A stretch of DNA of 64,000 nt from positions 1 to 64,000 of the IMG/VR virus record IMGVR_UViG_3300032293_001294; one strand, written 5' to 3'. Numbering within the stretch: position 1 is the stretch's first letter; each line of letters starts with the position of its first letter. The notes below the pieces were generated by a model. The model ran no database searches, was not told the DNA's origin, and worked only from the letters and a program-made list of their open reading frames with translations. This stretch comes from a virus. Of the stretch, positions 37,000-45,500 are shown piece by piece. A program made the position numbers and the translations under genes.

Positions 37000-38985
37000 A
37001 TGATTAAATATCTGATCTATGATACTGAGACTACAGGTCTCAATATTATTTCAGACAAACCATTTATGTTTCAATATGGATTAGTCGATCACAATCTACA
37101 GCTTGTATCAAGCGATTGGTTTCACGTGAAAGACAAAGCCAAGATGGATGTGTTTAAACAACACTTACTGTCCATCAATACAATCGTCGGTCATAACATT
37201 AAGTTTGACCTACACATGGCAATCAATGCTGGGTTCGATAAAGAAATCTTTATGAATAAAAACTTTATTGATACATCAGTACTATCACGATTAGTGATAG
37301 ACCATGATACACAAACTGATAAAACATTTTCTGCCGGTCTTAAAACACTTGGTGTTAGATACTTAGGTATCGATTCCAATACAGAAGAACGTGCATTGAA
37401 AATGGAACTAAGCCGACTTGTATCAGAACATAAACAAAAGATGAAAGACTATTTCGTAGCGCAAGGTGTGTGGGATAATAAGCTAACACAAACAAATCAA
37501 ACCAAGTTAATTAATGACATTTATCTTAACTGGAATAAAGTGTTTCACTTACACTCACAATTCACACAACCACGTAAAGCATTCTTACAATCAAATCCTG
37601 AACCTACCTATGAACAATGTTCAAACGTTGTCACATATGGTATGACAGATATTAAATTGACCCATGGTTTACTTAAACTATGGTATCCAAAAGCAGTCAC
37701 ACTACAACAAGTTGATACGCTTAAACGGATTAGTAATGCGACCTATCCATTAGTCATTATGGAACGTCAAGGTCTAGCCGTCGATGTCCAACAAGTTCTT
37801 AAAGATAGAGCCAAGATTGTCGACGAACTTAGTAAGACAACCATCGTTGATCCAAGAACCAATACAACATTATCGATTGGTCAACATGCTAAACTTAAAG
37901 AACTATACGAATATGAATCAGGTGAATCGTTAGAAAGTTCAGATAAAGAAACACGCTCTGAGATCGAAGACGTATCTCCAGCGGCTAAAGCAGCAAACTA
38001 TATTGCTAAATTAGATAAGTATCTTAATACTTATGTAAGATCTATACTGGATAAACTAACCTTAGTTGGTAAAGAATACCGTGTCTTTACTCAATATAAC
38101 CTAGCAGGTACAATTACAGGACGCTTATCATCAGACTTCCAACAGTTCCCTAAGGATGCAATTAAACTAGCAGATGGAACTGAAGTCAATATACGTAGCT
38201 GGTTCGTTGTACCAAAGCAAGATAAGTACATGTTCTACTTTGACTATAGTCAAATGGAACTACGTCTTCAATGCGAATGGACTAACATTGTCAATGGTCA
38301 ACCAGACATCAACATGGCACGAGCATTCACGCCATACAAATGTATACAAAAAGATGGTAAGTATTTCTTAGAAGAAGATCCAACTAAAGAGTGGAAGCCA
38401 ACAGACTTGCATGCACTCACAGCTAAAAACGCTTTCCCAAACATAGATGAAACACACCCAGATTGGAAACAATATAGAAACCTTGGTAAACGTACCAACT
38501 TTGCAGTTAACTATGGTGCAGCCGCACCTAAAATACAACAAGCTTTAAAGGTAGATTTTCCTACCGCACAAGCTTTAGTACAAGGTTACCGTAAAGCATT
38601 TGCAGGTGTCGTCGCGTTTGGTAAGTGGATTAGCAACCGAGTGTATGTCACAGACAATATACCTAACCTATTACTGCGTAGATATTATTCACGTAATAAA
38701 CATCAGTTACAAAACTGGTTAGTACAAGGTAGTGGTGCTGACATTCTATTACTAAAGCTTAGAGAAATATTTGAGTATATTAAAAACAAACCACACTGGA
38801 AGTTCATGATCACAGTTCACGACGAACTAGGATTTGTATGCTCAGACATACCACAAGAACAGCTTAAGCGTGAAGTTAAAGATATACAAAACCTAATGAC
38901 ACATAGCATGTCTGCTGTGGATATCATTAGTGATGTAGAATATACAACGACCAAGTGGTCAGAAAAGGATGAATGGACAGAATGA
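37000..38985 (+). CDS. polA: Family A DNA polymerase with 3'-5' exonuclease
   Basis: YDTETTG, GHNIKFD, TGRLSS, FDYSQMELR, RNLGKRTNFAVNYG, TVHDEL. Confidence 0.95.
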   Translation: MIKYLIYDTETTGLNIISDKPFMFQYGLVDHNLQLVSSDWFHVKDKAKMDVFKQHLLSINTIVGHNIKFDLHMAINAGFDKEIFMNKNFIDTSVLSRLVIDHDTQTDKTFSAGLKTLGVRYLGIDSNTEERALKMELSRLVSEHKQKMKDYFVAQGVWDNKLTQTNQTKLINDIYLNWNKVFHLHSQFTQPRKAFLQSNPEPTYEQCSNVVTYGMTDIKLTHGLLKLWYPKAVTLQQVDTLKRISNATYPLVIMERQGLAVDVQQVLKDRAKIVDELSKTTIVDPRTNTTLSIGQHAKLKELYEYESGESLESSDKETRSEIEDVSPAAKAANYIAKLDKYLNTYVRSILDKLTLVGKEYRVFTQYNLAGTITGRLSSDFQQFPKDAIKLADGTEVNIRSWFVVPKQDKYMFYFDYSQMELRLQCEWTNIVNGQPDINMARAFTPYKCIQKDGKYFLEEDPTKEWKPTDLHALTAKNAFPNIDETHPDWKQYRNLGKRTNFAVNYGAAAPKIQQALKVDFPTAQALVQGYRKAFAGVVAFGKWISNRVYVTDNIPNLLLRRYYSRNKHQLQNWLVQGSGADILLLKLREIFEYIKNKPHWKFMITVHDELGFVCSDIPQEQLKREVKDIQNLMTHSMSAVDIISDVEYTTTKWSEKDEWTE

Positions 38986-39896
38986 ACTTTGACGAACAGA
39001 AACATGAGTATGTCCACAATGGTGACCAATACACTAGCGTAACCCAGCTTCTTAAGAAGTATGGGTTATCCGCTAACTATGAAGGTATACCACAAGACGT
39101 ACTAACTAAAGCCGCCAATAAAGGTAAAAACATTCACAAGCAATTGGAATTATATATCAATGGCGACAAGTCTATGTTAGGCACAGTCAATGAAGTTGAC
39201 TTGTTTGACAACTACGTAAAGACTAGAGGCATTGATTTAGCAATGACAAAGTCTGAACAAATCGTATTCGATACAACCTACAAGATTGCTGGCACCGTTG
39301 ACGTACAGTACGCCGACGGAGCCGACAGTATTATTGCTGACTTTAAAACGACATCTAGTCTACACGTTGATGCAGTTGCATGGCAGCTTAGTATCTATAA
39401 CTTCCTGCTTTCTAAAGGCGATGTGATGACTTATTACTTTAATAAACTTAAAGTATTCCATTACACAGGAACTAAACTATACGTTAAAGATGTGTATCTT
39501 GTAGACTTTGATGCAGTCAAACAATTGTTAGAAGCTAACCAACGTGGTGATGCTACGTTCAATTACGTTAAACCAACAGAAGTTGTTGGTGGATCTGATG
39601 AACAATTGATTGGACAAATACTAAACGAACTTGAATCACATCAAGCAGTCGTTGATAAACTACAAGGAGAACTTGAAGTCTTGTTAACTAAAGTAAAAGA
39701 AAAGATGGTCACCACTAAAGACTATCAATTTAGTAATGATGATTACATGATTAATTATGTACATCCACAAACAAGACAATCTTTAGATCAAACTAAAGTT
39801 AAGCAATACCTCGAAAGTAAAGGCGAAAAAGTAGAAGATTACATGAAGACAACCACAACTAAAGATGGTGTCAAAGCTGTAACTAGACGACGTTAA
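38973..39896 (+). CDS. PD-(D/E)xK exonuclease (Cas4-like fold)
   Basis: TSVTQLL, GKNIH, AGTVD, ADFKT, WQLSIY. Confidence 0.8.
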   Translation: MDRMNFDEQKHEYVHNGDQYTSVTQLLKKYGLSANYEGIPQDVLTKAANKGKNIHKQLELYINGDKSMLGTVNEVDLFDNYVKTRGIDLAMTKSEQIVFDTTYKIAGTVDVQYADGADSIIADFKTTSSLHVDAVAWQLSIYNFLLSKGDVMTYYFNKLKVFHYTGTKLYVKDVYLVDFDAVKQLLEANQRGDATFNYVKPTEVVGGSDEQLIGQILNELESHQAVVDKLQGELEVLLTKVKEKMVTTKDYQFSNDDYMINYVHPQTRQSLDQTKVKQYLESKGEKVEDYMKTTTTKDGVKAVTRRR

Positions 39897-39951
39897 AATC
39901 AAACGGGAGAGCTAACCCCTCTCCCTTGATTAGGCATAAGGAGGAAAACAA

Positions 39952-40863
39952 ATGCCAATCATATTACAAGCAGCCGTTAAGACGCTTAAGCCGTTGAAGG
40001 TATTGTCCTATGGACCTACCTATAGTGGCAAAACGCTTAGCTCATTGTACCTTGCAGTCGGTCTTGTTATGAAGATCCGTAAGTGTACTGAAGAACAAGC
40101 GTACAAACACATAGTCATGATCGACACTGAGTTCGGTCGTGGCGCACTCTACAATAAGATCGGATTGTATAACTACATCCGTATCGATCCACCGTACTAT
40201 ACCGAAAAGTTAGTTGATCTTATCAACGAACTCAATGGTATGGAACAAGTCGACGTGATTATCACGGACTCACTTACACACTTCTGGGTTAAAGAAGGCG
40301 GCATCCTAGATCAAAAAGCTGCTAAAGATAAGCTAGGTGGTAACTCATATACCAACTGGCAAGACTTTACCACTAAGTTTAATAAGATGGTTGACGCTAT
40401 CTTAGCATCACCGAAGCATATCTTTTCCACAGCACGTGCGAAAACGGATACCGCTTTAGTCACAGGTGACAATGGTAAAGCCACACCTAAGTCCTATGGT
40501 CTCAAGCCTGAGCTACGTGATAACGTTGAGTATGACTTCGATATTGTTTTCAATATTGATAAGTTATCCCACAACTTAATCGTAGACAAAGGTGTCCCTG
40601 GTCTTAAGCCAGTCTATGATATCGCTACTGTTAAAGTAGGCCAAGAAATCTATGACTTGTTTAGTGCTGACGCAGTGGTACCTGTACGTAGTAAAGCTGA
40701 CATTGCAGACAGCATTCGTAAAGTTGCCAAAGATAATGGCATGATTCCATTTGTTCAATTAGAATTACGTGGACGTAAGATTGAAGATCTTACAGAACAA
40801 GAACTTAAAGCAATGGAAACCATGTTACTTAACAATCTTAAGAAAGCACAAATCAAAAACTAA
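39952..40863 (+). CDS. Sak4-like AAA ATPase / ssDNA annealing protein
   Basis: GPTYSGKT, IDTE.GR, ITDSLTHFW..EGG, EYDFD. Confidence 0.8.
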   Translation: MPIILQAAVKTLKPLKVLSYGPTYSGKTLSSLYLAVGLVMKIRKCTEEQAYKHIVMIDTEFGRGALYNKIGLYNYIRIDPPYYTEKLVDLINELNGMEQVDVIITDSLTHFWVKEGGILDQKAAKDKLGGNSYTNWQDFTTKFNKMVDAILASPKHIFSTARAKTDTALVTGDNGKATPKSYGLKPELRDNVEYDFDIVFNIDKLSHNLIVDKGVPGLKPVYDIATVKVGQEIYDLFSADAVVPVRSKADIADSIRKVAKDNGMIPFVQLELRGRKIEDLTEQELKAMETMLLNNLKKAQIKN

Positions 40864-40915
40864 CCTGACACAGCGCTGGCATACCGCAATATAGTATGCC
40901 TTAGGAGGTGAACAC

Positions 40916-41710
40916 ATGGCTAACATTAGTGAAGCCACAGGTTATTTACAGCTTATAGGAGATTGGACTAGAGAACAAGCAACTAATTTTGCTTACATGT
41001 TATACACAGTAGAGCATGCAGCAACTGACTATACAACAAATACGCATTTATCTTTTGATAAACTTGTAGATGAATTGTCTTTTACACAACAACAAGGACA
41101 CCATATTACAAGAAACAAAATACCTTTCGAAGGATTTGGAAGATGGGCGTTCAGTGCTAACTTAGAAAACTTTCAGCATTGGACAGAGGTTACTAAAGAA
41201 CGCTGGAAATCACAAATACTTCCAAGCATTACGCCTTCTTTTAAAATTACTTTTGAAGAATATAAACAGCGTAGATTAGAAATGATACGTGACTTTGCTA
41301 AACATAAACTAAAAGTGTTTTGGCAATACGTAGATATGGAACCTGGTGTTAATTACTTAGGAAAGATAGAAGGCTATATGTCTTGTGCCTTTGAGTATTC
41401 TACAGTCGATCATACCAATGAATACATATTAAAATTTATTATAAAAAATTCAGAAGATTATGAATGTACGCTTAGAAACCAATGCATGTTAATTGAAAAT
41501 GATACTCAACGTTTATTTGAAATCGCGGAAGGACTACGAAAAGTTTATAAGTTAAGCAAGGATATTTCTGTCGTCACTAAGATCTTTAATACGATCTATG
41601 AACATCCAACCTGGTACGATTTACCAGCGTACGCTAACATTGAAACTCTAGAAGATGTACCAGATGCGTTACATAAAGCTATCTTTAAGATGGCAAAAGG
41701 AGATAAATGA
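40916..41710 (+). CDS. Hypothetical protein
   Basis: AGGAGGTG RBS. Confidence 0.65.
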   Translation: MANISEATGYLQLIGDWTREQATNFAYMLYTVEHAATDYTTNTHLSFDKLVDELSFTQQQGHHITRNKIPFEGFGRWAFSANLENFQHWTEVTKERWKSQILPSITPSFKITFEEYKQRRLEMIRDFAKHKLKVFWQYVDMEPGVNYLGKIEGYMSCAFEYSTVDHTNEYILKFIIKNSEDYECTLRNQCMLIENDTQRLFEIAEGLRKVYKLSKDISVVTKIFNTIYEHPTWYDLPAYANIETLEDVPDALHKAIFKMAKGDK

Positions 41711-41985
41711 ATGTAAAAGATTTATTGTCTCTTGTTAAATATGATTCTAGTTCACCTGTTTTATTTAATATTAATGGTAAAGATTATCATTACTATGATG
41801 TACTTAAAGATGAAAAGTTATTAAGTATATCAATAGATAAAATAAAAATACAAGGTAAAGTTCTAGAATTAAATGAAGAAGATGTTATCAAAATAATTAA
41901 TAAACCTACTATTAAATCAACAGATGTTAATCTTATGATACCTAATAGTAGCTATTATTACTTGATTACTATTAAAATAAATTGA
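41707..41985 (+). CDS. Hypothetical protein
   Basis: AAGGAG RBS, ATGA overlap. Confidence 0.55.
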   Translation: MNVKDLLSLVKYDSSSPVLFNINGKDYHYYDVLKDEKLLSISIDKIKIQGKVLELNEEDVIKIINKPTIKSTDVNLMIPNSSYYYLITIKIN

Positions 41986-42001
41986 GAAAGGAGAACATTA
42001 T

Positions 42002-42337
42002 ATGTTCAAATATTTATTTAATGGAGTTATTTATAGTGCAGATACAATCGAAAACTTGCAAAGTATACTTACTAAAGCAGGTTATAAAGGAGATGTTATC
42101 GCTGAGTTCGAAGCAATTAATAAAGAGAACGAAGAACAAGATAATGCTGCTAAAGAATATTTAAAAGAAGAAGCAGAAGATTTTTCATTAAAAGAAGAAG
42201 CAGTACAAGAATCTGCAAATGATCTTAGTCAAAAAGAAATAGATCAAATGTTTAATGAATCAGCTGTTGATGTAGAAGAAAATTCTGATGGTTCATTTTC
42301 TGTTGTAACAGAAAAATCTTTTAATGATTTAAATTAA
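42002..42337 (+). CDS. Acidic hypothetical protein
   Basis: AAAGGAG RBS; E/D-rich. Confidence 0.6.
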   Translation: MFKYLFNGVIYSADTIENLQSILTKAGYKGDVIAEFEAINKENEEQDNAAKEYLKEEAEDFSLKEEAVQESANDLSQKEIDQMFNESAVDVEENSDGSFSVVTEKSFNDLN

Positions 42338-42385
42338 ACTACACGTTTAGCCCACGTTACGGGCTCTCTAACTAAACTCTTTAAT

Positions 42386-42470
42386 GGGGTAGTCGGGTAA
42401 GACATATCACTTTAGCAGATGCTCCTGCTTAACATATGTAACGTGGGTTCAACTCCCACCTACTCCACCA
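42386..42470 (+). ncRNA. Miniature tmRNA-like RNA (Ala-accepting tRNA-like domain)
   Basis: Acceptor GGGGTAG/CTACTCC with G3.U70, A73, CCA; T arm GTGGG-TTCAACT-CCCAC; no D stem; P2-like ACATAT/ATATGT; AAC linker. Confidence 0.75.
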
Positions 42471-42487
42471 AAGAGTTTAGTTAGGTT

Positions 42488-42546
42488 AACTTATTACGGC
42501 ACCCAATAAGTTGATACATCACTCCTTCCTTTCATGTACGGGTGCC
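42488..42546 (+). ncRNA. Candidate pseudoknot RNA with an anti-SD loop
   Basis: AACTTATT/AATAAGTT, GGCACCC/GGGTGCC, TACAT-CACTCCTTCCTTTC-ATGTA. Confidence 0.5.
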
Positions 42547-42553
42547 AAGTATG

Positions 42554-42594
42554 TCTAGGATAGCAAGCTGATTACTTGCTACCTAGATTACTTT
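42554..42594. terminator. Terminator-like hairpin between convergent arms
   Basis: TCTAGG-A-TAGCAAG-loop-CTTGCTA-CCTAGA then TTACTTTT. Confidence 0.65.
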
Positions 42595-45500
42595 TATTTC
42601 AATATTGTAGCTTGTGATTGTCTGTACCGAACGTATTGTCTCCATTGAATATTCTTAACTAAACGATATGGATTAGTAGTAGGTCTACGCATTTTACCAT
42701 ACTTAGTAAACCAATCCTTGTATATATTTTCATACTTAGCCCAACGTCCATTACGTCCATAACGATAACGACGTGGTGTATATTTTTTAAACTGACTTAT
42801 ATCATACCCAATACCAGATATAGTTCTAAATAAAGTTGCTTGTCTTGTATCTAATATACGTGCTAATGATGGATCATTGCGTGCAATATCTTCTCTAAGA
42901 TTTGTACCCAACACCATGTCAGATAAACCAGTAGCAGTATTTACAAATCTTGTACCAAACCCAACAACAGCTAATTGAGCAAACCCTTTTAAAGCATCAC
43001 CATCTTTAAATAAACTTTGTATACCACGTAATAAAGGAGATGCTCTTCTAGTAAGTTCTATGTCAGTATTATAAATAAGATTCATGACATCAAATGCCCC
43101 GTTACCTATTCTTAATCCCCAATCTTTAGCAAATGGAATCCATCCTTGACGGATTTGATATTTAGTAAAGTCATCATATTCTTTAGTTTCTTCATCTCTA
43201 TATTGTGCATACCAACCATCAATAAAGTCAGATAAAAATCTCCAATACTTAGGACTCATTAATCTATCAATCCAGTTATTAATAGAACGTACAGGGAAAG
43301 ATAAGAATGGAATATCAGCAAGCAATCTAGTTTCTAACGGAGAACGCATACCATAATTAAACCAGTGATTTAAAGAATCTATTGTAGCTTGATCAAATGT
43401 TTTGTTATACAACATTAAGTTATAAAAGAAGTTAGTAATACGTGCAGCGTTTTCTATCTTAGTATTAGAATCAGTATACCAAGCAACAGGATTAAACTTA
43501 TTTAACCAACCACCTTTAACTTTATCTAATTGTTTTACAATTTGTTTATAAGTCATATTAGATTTATATGAATCTTTATAACCTCTATATTGTTCAAAGA
43601 ATTTAGGAAGTAATTCAAAACGGTCTTTACGTAAGTAGTCACTAAGTGCTTCTGTATTCATGAACGCACTTAATTGTTTTAATAAAGGTTTTTTAAATTC
43701 ATACTCATCAACTTTTTCTGCAATAGTTTTATGTCTTACAATTTGTCCCTGATTATTTTTAGCATCAGTTCTTAAACCAGCAACCCAAGTATTATTAATA
43801 ATTCGGTTATCATACATTTCAATGTATTCACCGAACTCTGTTTTAGATGCAAAAATAACAGATTGTTTTAACAAGTCTAAATACTTATCAATATTATCAG
43901 CGTTAGCTTCTTTTAATTTTCTAAATAAATTGATAGCTACTTTACGTCTTGTTTCAATATGTCTATTATTATTTTTAAGTGTGTCAGATATTTTAATATA
44001 GTTGAGTAAGAATTCTTTAATTAAATCTAATTTATTATTAATTACATTAGAATCTTTAACTGGTAATTTACTTGCTTTTAAAACATCTTCATAATGTAAA
44101 CCAATATTAATGATACTAATACTTAATTCATCGCTATATTTTTCATACAACTTCATAAGTTCTAATGAGTTTAATGTACTATTAACATATCTATTAGACT
44201 CAATTAACTTAGGAATGATAATAGAGTTACTAAACATTTGATTAACACTATCAAAAATATTACGTGCTATGAAAGCGGCGTTTAATTTAGAAAGATTTTT
44301 TGACATGATTTGTAATGAGAAGAAAAACTTATCTACTTTATTAGGCAATTGATAAGGAGAGTACACATCATTCATCGTGTCCATCCAGTCATTTAAATCT
44401 ACAAAACCAATGATATCACCTTTTAAATTTTGATCATAGATTTCTTGGAAGTCTTCAAAGTTATCTACAATGACTTCTTTTAAAGTAAAGTTAATATTTT
44501 TATTTGTAGCTAAAATTAATTTAGGATCAATACGGTTATACACTTTATTATCAAATACAACTTTACCACCAGCTCGTTGCCATGCTTCAAGGTTTTCTAA
44601 AGCAGAAATCTTTTTACCATTTACAACTGTATCTTTAAATAATAAGTCATTATAAATAGAGTTATCAATTAAACCAAACTTTTGACCTACTTTTTCTATA
44701 ATGTTTAAATCTTTTTTCTTATTAGTTGGGAATAAAACATCATCATAACGTGGATCATATTTTCTAATGCGTTCTGTAACAAGTTTAAATCTACCTTCAT
44801 CAGGATCAGCGTGTCTAATCTGCACAAGTTTAAACTGTTGTTGCTTTGTTGTGTATAGTTCGTAAGCATTTTTTAAACTTCTAATTCTATTATTAGAACT
44901 ACTGTTATCAACCATGTTCTTTAATAAAGTAATGCGATTATACATACTAAGTAATGAACGTTCTTTATATGCTTTTAAATCTTGCTCAGTTAAAACTTTA
45001 GGTTTCTTAACGGTAGTATCACCCATACCTTGACCACCTAAACCATCATCATCAGGAGTTCTTAATAAAAGAATTAAACCACCGATGTTATCAACCACAG
45101 CTTTCTTTAAAAGTTTGCTTCTAATATCTGCTTCTTTAGTATTAAGTTGAGTTATTTCTTCCTTAATAGTTTCTACTGGAGACTTACTTTGCTCAAGTAA
45201 TTTAACGTAGTTGTCTAATGGATCAATGCTTTCTTCAATTTCTTTAATTTCATCTTGGAATAATGAAATTAATTCTTGAATCTTATCAGATTTTAACTTG
45301 TTATTTGTAGCTTTGTTGTTTAATTCAGACAATCTACTTATGTTATTTCTTGTTAATGTTTCTTCTAATTTAGATTTAATTTCTTTAGATTCAATAATCG
45401 TTTCAGCATCTGTTTTATATTTTCTATTTTTAGTATCAGAATTTATTTTTTTAATAGTTGCTTCATATTCTTTTTTAGTTTCTAAAAGAACTTCGATTTG

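Noticed and set aside
37000-38985. Intein, intron or unusual motif-B residue in PolA
   Set aside because: Motifs are contiguous, length is normal, and motif B has the common Phe (KRTNF)
38973-39896. Cas4 / CRISPR system
   Set aside because: No Fe-S cysteines, cas genes or repeat-spacer array; ordinary phage exonuclease beside Sak4
39897-39931. Fifth pseudoknot or terminator before the Sak4-like gene
   Set aside because: Folds as a simple hairpin (AATCAA..GGGAGAG/CTCTCCC-TTGATT) with no crossing stem and no good U tract
42440-42470. tmRNA/tRNA 3' end as an attP or prophage boundary
   Set aside because: The matching 5' strand and flanking stem are present, phage genes lie on both sides, and no integrase is in the window
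42386-42470. Canonical tRNA-Ala(UGC)
   Set aside because: No D stem, over-long interrupted arm, 6-nt loop without U33; kept only as an alternative reading
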